The notes beneath the pieces were generated by a model, which was not told where the DNA came from, searched no databases, and was given only the letters and a program-made list of their open reading frames with translations. DNA of 63,767 bases, the filler included, from Choristocarpus tenellus KU-1152 (Eukaryota; Protista; Phaeophyceae): the NCBI GenBank assembly GCA_964200185.2. It is 12 parts of 12 records of this genome, joined end to end, with 100 filler letters (N's around TTAATTAATTAA, not from the genome) between each part and the next. Parts side by side here need not be neighbours in the genome. Positions count along the whole stretch, not along the records: positions 35,705 to 41,530 come from CAXNAD020009658.1; positions 41,631 to 47,250 come from CAXNAD020010225.1; positions 47,351 to 51,191 come from CAXNAD020017625.1; positions 51,292 to 55,135 come from CAXNAD020017609.1; 8 more parts are not named here. One strand, given 5' to 3'. This document shows, piece after piece, positions 39,985-52,750 of the stretch. The translations under genes were made by a program, and so were the position numbers. The stretch's first letter is position 1. Every line of letters starts with the position of its first letter.

Positions 39985-40167
39985 GGCCCAAAGTATGTAG
40001 AGGGGGGTGGCGGCTGTCCATTTGGGGGTAATTTTTTCATGTTGCGATTTTGGGGTGATTTAGTTGCATACGTTTGCATACATGGATAATGTAAATACAC
40101 TTTTTCTGATTTGGTCCAAATGGACAACCTGGTGTAGACCCCCCCTCCTCCCCAGATACTTTGGGCC
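39985..40167. mobile_element. MITE family A, inverted copy
   Basis: ggcccaaagtat...agatactttgggcc; AGA on both flanks. Confidence 0.9.
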
Positions 40168-40269
40168 AGAGGGGAAGTGGGAATTGCGACTAGAGGATAA
40201 ATATCACAACAGAGAGAGAGAGAGCTCTACAAAAGCCAACTTATTAGCCGATGAGACCAAATAGAGGAG

Positions 40270-40521
40270 GAAATCATTTGAGAGGGTAGGGCAGTGTCCG
40301 TTCGGGCATCTCAAATCCAATGTTGCGATTTTGATGATTTTTTACGATCTTGTTTGTTAGCAAGTGTCAATACCTTTGCTCCGGACACACCTTTCATAGT
40401 TGTATATATTTTAGGTAACTGCGTTCACACAGAAACCGAAAGAGGGCAATAAACCCATGGAAAGCTAAGTCTCGAACAGGTGGACAGGGCAAGACTTCTA
40501 CCTCCTTAAACTCTTTGGGTC
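40270..40521. mobile_element. MITE family B, diverged copy
   Basis: Interior aatgttgcgattttgatg...aagtgtcaatac...ccggacac matches family B. Confidence 0.75.
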
Positions 40522-41445
40522 AGAGCATAGATAGATGTGCACTGCACCATGCTCTTATTCCTCGTGTTAGGGGGCTATTTTAACGGTATGTACTTTCAGA
40601 GGGATATATGAAATTGTCTGATCCATAAGAGTGCATAACTGGTGACAAAATTTCCATTATTTTGTGATGTACAAGCAGTTCTAAACCTATTTCTTCAAGC
40701 TATGTGGAGCGGAGTAAGAGATCATTACCTCAATACTGAACATAGTTCTGACTGCATTGGTACAGACCATTTTGCCAAGTATTAGGTCTTGTACAACTCT
40801 CTACATGGACCATGGCGGACTTGACCTAAGTGTGATTCCTAGCAGATCCTGTCTGAGGGCATGACTCTGTAGACATGGTGGTGTTGGGAATGCTCCGCCT
40901 GTGTGGACAAACTACTCATCAAGAATACCAAACGATAAAACTAGAAAATGCTCAAGGCTATATGCCCGTCAATATACACATGCATACAACGGATTTTCTA
41001 AAACAGTTTTACCACACATACAGACAGCACCACAAACCGCAGAAAGCATGCAACCTCTCCAATAATTACCAAAAGGAATTCTCATCTTTACAGGGAGGAA
41101 GATCTGAAAGGACTATTCGTAGCCATCGGCCTCGATCCTAATGGAATTGATACTGCAAGCAATCAACGGTTATATCCCAATCAAGGGACTCCGGGGCGAC
41201 CACTCGCAGTTGCAGAAGTGTTTTCATGCCTTCTCCCACCAGCATCAAAGGCAATATTTCTTCAAGCTGCATTAACCGCAGGTTTGGTTGCTGTTTAGAC
41301 ATTTGTATTTTTTTTTGTGTATGTGAAGCTTGTGTAATGTCTGTTCATTAGAACTGTGTTCAAGCAGAGGCAGATTGCCCTCTATCTTCCTCCCATGCCC
41401 CCTCCACTCTCATTGTTCTTCTCTGAAAATTCTGTCAGGGTTCTT

Positions 41446-41872
41446 GACCCAAAGTATCTGGGAGGGGGGGGGGGGTCTACCCTAGGGTGTCAATATGGAA
41501 CAAAATAAGGAAAAAAGCATTTTGATTATCNNNNNNNNNNNNNNNNNNNNNNNNNNNNNNNNNNNNNNNNNNNNTTAATTAATTAANNNNNNNNNNNNNN
41601 NNNNNNNNNNNNNNNNNNNNNNNNNNNNNNTATAGAAATGAGGAAATAGGGAGGGTGTGGTGGGGTATGAAACTTGCGGGGGGGCGGGGAGGGAGGGGGG
41701 GGTGGGGGGGGGGGGGGGGGGGGTCTACACCATGGTGTCCATTTGGGTCGAAATCAGGAAAATTGTATTTTCAATATCCATCCGATGTATGCAACCAAAT
41801 CACCCAAAAACGCGACATGAAAAAATTGTCCCCAAATGGACAGCCGCCACCCCTCGTCAGATACTTTGAGCC
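41446..41872. mobile_element. MITE family A pieces on both sides of a linker (41446-41530 and about 41700-41872)
   Basis: Left TIR lies before the linker; a near-complete body with the right TIR lies after it. Confidence 0.8.
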
Positions 41873-42289
41873 TGTTTGCGACTAGCTCTGACTTGACATC
41901 TCGTGGTTACCAGGTTTATCAATCCTTGCAAATATACTACACATGTATGTTGGGGGATTTGGATAAATTAATAATACAATTAATTTTATCTCTCAACTCT
42001 CCTCGTTTGCATGAGTGGACACATGTGGTGGTGAAGAGACCGTATCATTGGGCACATTAACACTTGTGTGCTAAAGGTGGCTATTCATTCCATCATGTCA
42101 CGTTTTCATGACATGGATTTAATGAGATCTTAATGAAATGACTAACCCCACTAAAAAAATCAAAATATTCAATTCTACCACTAGGTAAGAGATGGAGACT
42201 TCAGGTGAGTCGTACATGTTATTTTTTCTATTGTTCGAGTGGCATGATTTCCCCTACATAATGTAATGACCCTACAGTCACCTCGGATC

Positions 42290-43560
42290 GTTTTAGGAGA
42301 GTTGAGCCACCAACATCGTACGTCCGAGTTGTCCACTTGGAATATTGTAGTGGTTGTGAGCAATATTCCAATCGATGTCAGAATTGAGGAAGAAGAATGG
42401 TTGCACAAATATGATCTTGTCGTTTGCTGTATTGATATTGGTCTTGTAACACCCGATGTTGTTTTCACGCATTGGAGTGGTGATCAAATCATCGTATAAC
42501 ACCCATATAGCAATAATGTCGAATCACAAACGCTACTTAAACCATTTATTGATATCGTATAGCTTTTGCTCCTCGTATCCCCATTCTGAGTATCCTCTGT
42601 TTTATACAAAATACGAGAGACCTATATGCTGGCTATATATACCACTCACCTCGTCTTTAGGCTGACTGATATGCTGATCCCATACTCTCAGACTTCGCAA
42701 GCTTGATGGCGTGCTGACCACATACCATCAACCTTAGGCTAATGTTATCCTCGTTTATATATTACACTTCATTTTGTATTAACGGAGTGGTGTAATACAA
42801 TGGGGCAATAGTATACCAACAGTCACTCATGTTGCCCATTTCTCTCCCAGAGCTCACACTTTTTGGTTGACCTTGAATCATGTTTACATGGTTTCAATGC
42901 CGATCAGAAGGGGGGGGCGATGTGGAAAGCAGGTTTGTCTGTTATTATACCGTTACTGCCGTATGCAATATACCATTATACCGATTGAGGTTTCCTTGTT
43001 AAGAATCCCCGATTCCATTGGAGGGTCTTCTTAAGAATAATTGAGTTGTGGAATCTTTAAAGAGATTAATCCCACAACTAGTGGACATCTCTTCAACCTG
43101 ACTTGTCACACAACAAAGACTCTCTTTGTTGTCATGCGTTGACTTTTGGGATGATCCCCCTCTCGCAAGATTCTCATCACTAGTCACTCCACAATTCCCT
43201 GCAAGTCCTTGCAGTCCACGCTTCCAACCTTTAACCTCATCCTCTAGGTTATGGATTGTCTTGGTCTGTATTGGTCTGTCTTGCCTGGTGATTCTCTTCA
43301 CCACTCTTGTCGCCACAGAATCACACGATTAACACACAGGTATGTATATTGAATGAGTTTTCAAGAAGTAATTATTAGATGGACTGGATAGTCGTTTCTA
43401 CAAAAAATACTTGGATAACCAAGGATGAATAAGAGCTCCCATTGATGGATGTGAGTATTATTCGACAACGATATTTCAAATATTATTTCAACACCAATGA
43501 AGCACGCACAAATTTAAATTGAACTCCATAATGTGATACGTTGGTCACTGATTTCTGAGT
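42290..43560 (-). mobile_element. piggyBac-type transposase pseudogene
   Basis: Colinear decayed motifs: CFIG, VTSDENLARG (first catalytic D), GINLFKDSTT, SDCWYT (DNWFT-like), YMGV..FDH (MGGVD..DQ-like) and FFFL...NIAHNHY...LVAQL. Confidence 0.55.
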
Positions 43561-45012
43561 TGTGGGATCGGGTGAAATTATTCCGGATGTGGAGGAACGT
43601 AATTCCACTTACTAGTAGAGTGTATGGGATAACTTCAAGTGACACCTACCTGCTCCTGACAAACTTTTAATTGAAAAACAAAATCAGGGCGACAGCATTT
43701 GTTTAGTCGAGACCTATTGAGAGGATTATTGAACAGTTCACCACTTGTACCATTTCGATTTTCTGTATGTATGTGCATTTTAGAATAGATTCAGGGACAA
43801 ATGACAGTTTCTATACCCTTCCATTTCCATCTACACAAGAAGAACAATAATAGCCTCTACCCAAATGGTTCAAACACACCACCAATGTTGTCTTCAAAAT
43901 ATTATGGTCAATTATTGCGTCGAATCATTGTAGATCAACACCTATGATGAGAACACAAAACACTTTTGGCATGAGACGACCGCTGTGATCTTGTAACTGT
44001 TCCAACGAATAAAATTTATGTCTTTCACCGATCAAATCCGTCCAAACTCAACCGTAATAAAAGGATGGCTTCGAGGCATCATTTGCCACATCACCTCCCA
44101 CTTCAATCGTTCAGCATACTCTCCAACTACACTACATGTTCATATGGCCTCCTTCATCATCAGCACAGTCAAAAGTGTTGAAGGAATTCGGATTGATTTG
44201 ATCTATAAATATTTACTCACAAAACCTTTCAACTCACAACCCAACACAAAAATATTATTAAAATTCTATTGTAGATGTTTTTCAGAGTGCAACAATGAGT
44301 CAAAGTAAACGAGAGGTGTGTTGGTCTTGCCCGTTTAGCACTATAAGAAGATTTGAAAAACCTTCTGCAATTCACCCATATTTCTATGGATGAAGTAGTA
44401 AGTCCGATTGGGGAGGGTTTGTGATATCTCTATTATTTGAAACTTTCCGACACCATTCGGAAAACAAATTGGAACTATATTTGTAAAAACAAAAGTCGAA
44501 TTTTGCACCTATTTGCTGGCATCCTTGAGGATACCCCTTGTCTACTTTGACTCAACCACAAGACACAGCCCTGAGTACAAGAATAAAATAATATGAACAC
44601 CCATCACTTCCTTTTTCCAAAGTATACTACGACTACACATACATACCCGTACTGGTGTGTACAGGAAGATCCCCAATTGAGAAACGGGGGGGGGGGGGGT
44701 TAGGGGGCACCTAGAGATCATTCAATCTTCTTGTCATATCCAACATTAGGAGGTTTCCTTTTCACTGGCCTTCTTCTTCATCAACTCAATAATCCTCACT
44801 GCTGATAGTGATTTTGGTGACTATGAGAATATGTTTGCTTCACACTTGCAACGTTCCCTTTCCTTTGTCCTACCTATGCAACAAGGTACCTATCACCTTA
44901 AGGTAAAAACATATCCCATTCAAAGTGCACTAATTCGATCCTACTCGAATCCTACGGATGAATGACCAGCAAACCATTCTCATCTATAGTTCATGAATGC
45001 TCAAGACACGCT

Positions 45013-45054
<42 letters not shown>

Positions 45055-45143
45055 CCATACAAGTACTATCCCTCAAAGGAACAGCAGCAACGTGTGGTCA
45101 TCCCTCACGAGCTTCTCAAAGGAAATCAGTCTGATATATTCCT

Positions 45144-45270
45144 GGCTCAAAGTACCTGGGGGGGGGGGTGGCGGTTGTCCATGTGGGGCCAATGTTTTCA
45201 TGTCGCGATTTTTGGGTGATTTGGTTCAATACGTTGGATGGATGGATAATGAAAGTGCGCTTTTCCTGGC
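45144..45270. mobile_element. MITE family A, truncated inverted copy
   Basis: ggctcaaagtacctggggg...gtccat...gtcgcgatttttgggtgatttgg. Confidence 0.8.
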
Positions 45271-45794
45271 AGTGTGTCAAGATTATGCTTGTCCATTTGG
45301 GAATTAGAGTCCAAGTGCGGAGATTAAGTTGATTTGAGGTTGGGATTTTATTTTGAGTTGATTTGATTCTTAAATTGTGGTTAGAGGAGTGTGTCAAGAT
45401 TTGGCTTGTCCATTTGGATAGGATTCGAAGTTATATTGGATGTATGTACAAAAGATGATGTGGGACAGTCCAGATATTTCGATGGTGATTTTTGATCAGA
45501 AGAAGTTTCGCGGAATGTTAGAATAGGAACGTTTGTTTGTATGGTGCTGCTCTAGAGAACGGTCGTGTCATGGTATTGGGTGTTATTTCCTGAAAGGAAT
45601 GGTGAACCTTATCTGGTGATGGTGTCTCACTCTCTTCGAAATTTTTTGGTTGACAAATTTAAGGGCAAGATCAGACAGACCTACACCTCCCCGCTTCAGC
45701 GTTGAGACAACTGCCAAGCGTTCTGGTCCTTCTGTTCGCGAATTGCCGTCTACGAGCAGCAGTTGTTTTGGTTCCCGTCCCATCCGTGGTGACC

Positions 45795-46175
45795 ATGGCC
45801 GTCCAGCGGGAGAGGGGGGTGGATCTTGTGTCCTGCTGTATTCTGGTTCTTGCTACGATTGCTTACTCCGTCGTGATGATCTTCTTCGCAAACATATTCC
45901 TGCTTCCAGCCATTATGGTGTTTGATGCCCCAGGCAGCGACGAGAGGGTTGAGTCCTACGTGATATCGGCCATCTTGCTCAGTCCCTCCGGTTTCTTTCT
46001 CTTGGGGCTTGCAAAGGGATGGCATCGGTTTTACAAGACAAGACTGGTCAAAAAGGCTGTGCAGAGTATGCTCTTGTACGGGCTAGTTGCGTGTGTAGGT
46101 TTCATGATTGGATGTGTCATTCTGTTTGCAGTAATTGTAAGTCTCTGCGAGAGCTTGCGTCGGCTCGTGAAGTAG
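45795..46175 (+). CDS. Intronless 126-aa membrane protein (about 3 TM) with an MVFDAPGS motif
   Basis: accATGG start, three hydrophobic helices, clean stop, CpG-retaining codons. Confidence 0.7.
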   Translation: MAVQRERGVDLVSCCILVLATIAYSVVMIFFANIFLLPAIMVFDAPGSDERVESYVISAILLSPSGFFLLGLAKGWHRFYKTRLVKKAVQSMLLYGLVACVGFMIGCVILFAVIVSLCESLRRLVK

Positions 46176-47459
46176 ATCCATAATTGAAAACGTCATTCTA
46201 ACCACTACTCCTCCTGTGTCCCTCTTCTTCCGTAGTCAACTGTCACCTTACATCAAGAACGCCTCCCATGGCCAGGAGGAATGGGGGGATTGCATGTTGA
46301 ATGCATGTCTTTAGTGAACTCAGAACAAACCGGTCGGTGGGTATACCTTTCCTCAAACAAGAGAGAAGAGAGTGTGGCTAGGTTGAGAAGGTTAAGATGT
46401 TGAGGGAAGAGAGGAATAAATCAGACTGATTTCCTTTGAGAAGCTCGTGAGGGATGACCACACCTTGCTGCCGGTCCTTTGAGTGATGGTACTTGTATGG
46501 GTAAAGAGTCAGCGTGTCTTGATCGTTCAACAACTATAGATGAGAAGGGTGTACCGCTTGTGCCCTCTCCACAACATGCGTAGGATCGAATTAGTGCAGT
46601 TTGAATGGGATGTGTTTCTACCTAAGGTGATAGGGACCTTGTTGCATAGGTAGGACAAAGGAAAGGGAACGGTGCGAGTGTGAAGTGAACACACTATAAT
46701 AGAGACCAACATCGCTTTCATCACGGAAGTGTCAAGGATCAACCAGAAACAACAATGAGAAGGAAACTTCCTAAGGGTTGATACAAGAGTGAATGAGCTC
46801 CAGCTGCACCCTAACCCCTCCCCCTTTTCCTAATTGAAGGCCTTCTTATAAACCCCAGCAGTGTGTATGTGTAGTGATAAAGTGTTTGGAAACAGGAACC
46901 CAACGGGCTCAACTATGCATCACAGGTGTTTCATTTGATCTGAAAACAAGTAGATAATATATATATTATCTTTCACATGAAGTACACACAAGAAGTTCAT
47001 ACCATTTATTATCTTATACCCACGAAGCAGGAAGTACTCCTACACTAGCACTATGGAGCTCTCTTCTAGAAACGAAAGAAGACTCCAAGGAGTCAGATAG
47101 GCCCTGCCTCCTTAACCTGTGCCCTAATTGTCACAATATTCCGATATATCCCTTCATCAACCCCTTCCCGATCAACCCCTCCTAGCTCCCCTTGTTCATA
47201 TATTCACGCCTGCTGCCCTCAAGCCCTATAATATCGTTCAACTCCCTTCCNNNNNNNNNNNNNNNNNNNNNNNNNNNNNNNNNNNNNNNNNNNNTTAATT
47301 AATTAANNNNNNNNNNNNNNNNNNNNNNNNNNNNNNNNNNNNNNNNNNNNAGCACACCTTCTTCCCACCCCTACCCACCCCCTTCCCCCCCCCCCCCTCC
47401 CCCCAGTCACTCACAATGTCCACCCATTTCTACTACACTAGCGCACCAGCATCCCCCAC

Positions 47460-50303
47460 CTGCCAATCCCTGACGAGGAACTCCAGTCGCTGGAATGGCC
47501 GTTCCTTGTAGTCCTGGCTTGTGCTCACTTCACTCTGGACCAGTCCAGAACCGATCCTAATCACATTTTGCGCCGCAAGCACTGCAGTCGCTGCCCCTTT
47601 GAAACTCGTGGTAGCCTTCCCCAGCACACCCCCGTTCCTGTTTTTTCCTCCTTTCAACGCCTCCTCTGGGACACCTGCCCCTGCCCCTGCCCCTGCCCCC
47701 AGCACCTTCTCGCCATTCACATCCCCTGCCCCTGGCCCTGCCCCTTTCACAACACAATCCCCCACGGTGTATTTCGGCATGGCATCATCGCCGTCCCCTT
47801 CCAAGTCAATAGCCATCCGTCCGTACTCCGAGAAGAGGGCCAACTGCTGTAGGTGGTCCTCTTGAATACGCTTTTCAACGTTATAGATCTGGCATGAGCT
47901 CAGCTGGGGCAATAGAAAGAATAAAAAATCGTAAGGGCGGGGAATGGGCAAGGGGAGGGGGGGGGGGGAAGAGCACTTTTTAAGATTATTTGTATTACCA
48001 GCTTTCACCTCTCTCTTGTAGTGTTGAACAGCACAGTGGGGGGAACATGTGATGTAGATGTGATGTACATTGTGCACAGCAGGCTGACACTCACGAAAGT
48101 AGCAATAACTCCTGTCAAAAAAATGTATAGATGAGGAAAAAGGAATGAAGACGATTGACTGCCATAGGACAGCTTCCAGAGTGTAATAATACTGCTCCTC
48201 CCATTTCCTGGTACTAAAGGCGTTTATCCCACCCCTTCGCACACGAGGTTGGTGTTGAGTGAGACAAAAATGGAGAGGGTTTGATTGTCAAAATAAAGTG
48301 TATGGTAGCCTGAAGTACCATGCCACACCCCTAGGGTTACTATTTTGACTATAATCAAGGTAACAGAACTGAGTTCAAGTTAAGCGCCACAAGTATTCCC
48401 CTTTCAGCAGTATGGTTAATGTTTTTAACAGTATGGTTAATGGTCAACAACATACAGCAAGGTATACCACTCTCTCCATGACCCTCCCCTCTCTCCTCTT
48501 GCAAACATAATAATTGTCAAATTACGATAAACGAATCCATCCAACACAATCCCGTCCCCATCCTCCCCTCCAATACCACCCTTCCTCTCTCCTCCCCCTC
48601 CAGCACTTTGCCCCACATTAACCTAACCTCTCTTGCTGTAACGTATTTCCATATTTATGTGTAAGCATGGTCAAGACAAAAAAAGTATGGAATGACACAA
48701 TACAGAGCAGCACTTTCCAATGGTGTTGGCATTCACTATAATGAGTGGATGTTGTCAGACACCTAACTTAGGGCTAAACAGGCAACTCAAAGATTACTCT
48801 CCTCCCCCTCTCCCTCCCCCTGTCACCCCACTTCTACTCCAAAGCATCTACCAATGGAATGGTCAACTGATCACACAGGTGTGAAAGCAAAGCTAAGTCA
48901 CCCCAGCCCCATGCCCCGCCCCCCATATCACGAAACAAATACTTACAAGCGTGCTCAGTGCAAAGATACAAGTAGTCAGCCCCATGGAGGTCTCATTGTC
49001 AAACATGCCCTGGGTGTCAACCAGCAGCACTGCAACAGTTGTCCCATTCGCCACCCTGCGCAAGAAGGGCTCAGACCACATCCAGATGCCTGTTGTCATG
49101 CGGTCTGAGCCACCCCGCCACTGGAAGCTCTGCGGATAACTTTCGGCATCCCCGTTTTGACCTACATTGAGGTTACCTTCTCTTAGGCTTGTACCATCTG
49201 CCGTTATCCATGCCTCTGAAGGATCATCTCCAGAGCTACGGACACAAATATATAGAAAAGAGGGGGGCATGAGGAGTGGAGGGTGGGCAGCGTGCATTAA
49301 ACCTCTCAGCAGGTTATCCGTATTTTTCAATGAATGAACACAATAATCTACATTCCATCCTCACTTTGATGATAATGTAGCGCCCAATCGACTCAAGCCT
49401 GTTGACGAATCCTGTGCTGCTCTCTACCCACCCAAAAAATTAGTACGGAAATAGTGTTAGAGGTTGGCGATGATGATGGTGATGGAAGGTATTAGAATTC
49501 TAGAATACGCGTAGATAGTGGTGAGGAGAGGTGGACGAGAGATTGAAACACTTTCTGAGGTTGGGTGACCTCATATCAAGAAAGCTTGGAGTGGAGAATC
49601 CGCGTCAATGAAGAGGTGCACATGGTGTTGAGGAAGAACCAATCAAATTGACCTTGAGCATACACACAAATACACGGTTACAAAGGGAACGGAGACCGCA
49701 TAGATGACATCCCTGTTACTACAGGCAGCACGAAGCACAAGAAAGGACTGTCGCTTCTCCAGGAATGTTGACTCCCACTATCTCTTAACAGTTCATATTC
49801 CCAACTTAAGCTCAAGCCGGAAGGTGGGAATGCCTTTCGCAATTCAGTTGCCACGCACAAGGCAGAGTTTGGGGACTAGCACCCAAGGACGGAACTCACA
49901 GCACATCCACACGGCAATGTACAATGACGCACCCGCTTTTGAGGTACCGCAAGAAGAAGCTGAGCAGAAATGACTTCCCCGTGCGGAAAGCGCCCACAAC
50001 TGACACCACGGACACTTCAACTCCTTTGGGAACCTTTGCGAGGACCCTGTCCAGGTTTTCCTCGCATAGCTTGAACGAGTAGTTGTCTTCCGCATCGCCT
50101 GTCTTCACCAGCTGGACTGGTCGGTTTTCGCTGCCCTTCCTGAGTCCTTGCTCTTCTACGAAACTCGCCTTGTGTGATGCATATCACATTAATGGGGGTT
50201 CGGGGAAGATTATAGATAAGATGCTGGAAGGTGGACACGTAACTTATTGCCATGTGGTAAGATCGATACAGAGAGCTTCATTTATCCTCACTATCCTCAC
50301 CAT
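47460..50303 (-). CDS. ATL: Atlastin (GBP/atlastin-family GTPase), 5' four exons
   Basis: Exons 50303-50301 (ATG only), 50168-49933 (SVVGAFRTGKSFLL P-loop), 49235-48947 (WRGG..RMTTGIWMWSEPF, DTQGMFD) and 47903-47460 (QIYN..IQEDHLQQL..FSEYGR, PFQRLEFLVRDW). The 3' part is missing beyond the linker. Confidence 0.93.
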
Positions 50304-51599
50304 GGTGACCTCACGGACGATACCAAGAGCAGCCCGCACTAGCCTCTACCAGGGGTACGGCGTTCACGGAAAACTAGGGGTCAGGGCAACCTAGATTCTC
50401 TTTTCCCACGGTTGGTTCTAAGTTTGTCTTGTTCTTGAGTTGCTTAGTATTGTAATATACTTACTAGATCCCTAAAATCGTGGGGTTAGGGTAAAAATAT
50501 ATTTAGATGATACCAATAAACACACACGATCCTATTGCACGCGCAGCGCGAGGCAGGGTGTCGAACATTTTTGAAGGCGGTTAAGTTTGTACCATCTACT
50601 GTTGTCGTGAGGTCGTCTACTTCCACACACTCTCCACCCTTATTTTATTATTAAGCCCTCTCACCTCATTGTTCTGAATCCAAAGAAACGATGAACAATG
50701 TAGGGGAGGAATGATGAGTGGTCCTTCTTGTTGGGTTTATTGAGTGAACCCCACCTTGACCAGCAATTTTGGACCAATGAATAAATAATACCTACACAAT
50801 CACAGAGGTAGAGAAATGAACGTCCCACACTCAGGATAATAACAAGAACTTAATATATATGTATAGTGAAATAAAAGTTTTGGTCGTGTGATCACTATTA
50901 TTTGCGGTTATTGAAAGGATTGGGCATCAAAAGTGGGAACTAATTATTCGGAAATGAGAGCCATGAGGAGCACCAAGAACTGGGTTATCTGATATCATGC
51001 CCAAAGAAAGCTGTACCAGTGGCACAGCGAGAATGAGACGGGGGGGAAGAGTTGATCGCAACACTGCACTCAGTGTTGTTAATAGTATTTTGTCATTATT
51101 AGATGATTCCATGGTGGCTTTGTGCAAGTAACAGAGGATTTTCAAAATTGGGGATGGAGCGGGACTACGAGGATGGTTGTTTTGCGAAAACNNNNNNNNN
51201 NNNNNNNNNNNNNNNNNNNNNNNNNNNNNNNNNNNTTAATTAATTAANNNNNNNNNNNNNNNNNNNNNNNNNNNNNNNNNNNNNNNNNNNNGAGAGGGGG
51301 TAGTAGGGGTAGGTGGTGGTGTTGGTGGTGGTGGTGGTGACTGGGGTGGGAGGGGAGGTGAGATGGGTTGGAATGGAGGAGGGGGTGAGGTGGGTTGGGG
51401 TGTGGGGGTAGGGGGTGCTCCGACCTGAGGAGGCGGGTGAGTGGGGTGTGAGTTTTGGCCTAGGATGTTGTGTGGTGAGAAGAGGTGGATTTGGGCTGCA
51501 GTGGCGTTATTCAGACGGGTGATGAGCCCACCAGGTGGGTGTTTTTGGGTGGTGAAGGTGGTGAAAGGGTGATTGGAAAGGGTGGAAATGGGTTCAGTG

Positions 51600-52750
51600 T
51601 GTTCCACATTTGGGGCATGTGAGAGGGTGGTTGGCGTCTTCGCAGAGGCTCACCATGCAGTTGAGGTGGGAGCGAGCACCCACAAGGGAGGGTGCCTTGG
51701 GTGATCTGGGGAGGGAGGCTCTAGATAGCTTGGTCAGGTAGGGAAAGAAGGGGAAGGTGCTGGGAGGTGGGGGCGTGGGAGGGAGAGTAGGCGGAATGGT
51801 GGGATGGCAAAAGGGGTGGAGGACGATTTACTCAAAGTATCCGGGGGGGGGGGTTCTACACCATGGTGTCCATTTGTCCCAAAATCAGGAAAGTGCATTT
51901 ACATTATCTATCCAACGTATGCAACCAAATCACCCAAAAAGTGCGATATGAAGGAATCGACCCCAAATGGAGCAGCCGCCACCCCCCCCAATTTCTTCGG
52001 GCTATTATGAGCGGATGGATTCCAGCCAGGCTTCAGTTCCCACACTCTTCTCCATGGCAGCATAGTAGTGTTCTGGGATAGTAGGAATGCGGCAGGTAGG
52101 GCACGGGATGGGATGCAGGGGCTGGGCGCGGAGGTATGGAGCCGAGGCACGGTCCAGATCAAGTGAGTGTGTGCAGGAGAAAGGGAGTACTGGCCGTTGT
52201 ATCTGGGAAAAACAGATCGCACACTGTTCCGGCGTGAGCTGATGTGGTTGTTGAGGTGGTCGGGGCTTGGGGTCACTAGTGGGGGAGACTGTCCATCAAA
52301 TCCCTGTATTACCTCTCATCGCCGTCTCTCCTGTATCCTCCTCGTCATTGTCATGGAGGGGTGATCCACTCTCCCTTCAACCATCATCGTAATCCTCTAC
52401 CACCTCTCCAGTCCCATACCCCCTGTGTGCCCATCCGAATTTCCGTCCGACCTTCGCCATCCTGAAAAAACGAGACCTGTCCACCTATTCCGGAAGAAGA
52501 GTGGTGCGCTCTGCTTATATTCCTCCCTCGCCCATACCTGTCTCGTGGGCTGCCATTCCCATCCTCGATCACCTCCACACCCTCATCCTCGTGTGAGCCC
52601 GTTCTGTTCTCTGCCCGTCCTTCTCCATTCTGCGAAATCGAAACCTGTGCGTTTATTCCCGAAGAAGGGTTATAAAATCCACTTATATTAGTTCCTCGCC
52701 CCTGCCTGTCCCGTGTACAGTCGTCGCCTTCTTCTATCACCTCCACTGCC
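51600..52750 (-). pseudogene. Decayed ORF with two RING fingers and a 57-aa duplicated repeat, probably TE-borne
   Basis: CAICFSQIQRPVLPFSCTHSL-DLDR-...IPCPTCR at 52223-52089 and LPCGC..HLNC...LTCPKCG at about 51737-51604. A 171-bp duplication lies at about 52410-52750. Confidence 0.6.
51829..52003. mobile_element. MITE family A inserted between the two RING segments
   Basis: Full body; ATT on both flanks. Confidence 0.85.

Noticed and set aside
44018-44308. Possible hAT transposase HTLQL motif
   Set aside because: A single short motif with no supporting colinear motifs.
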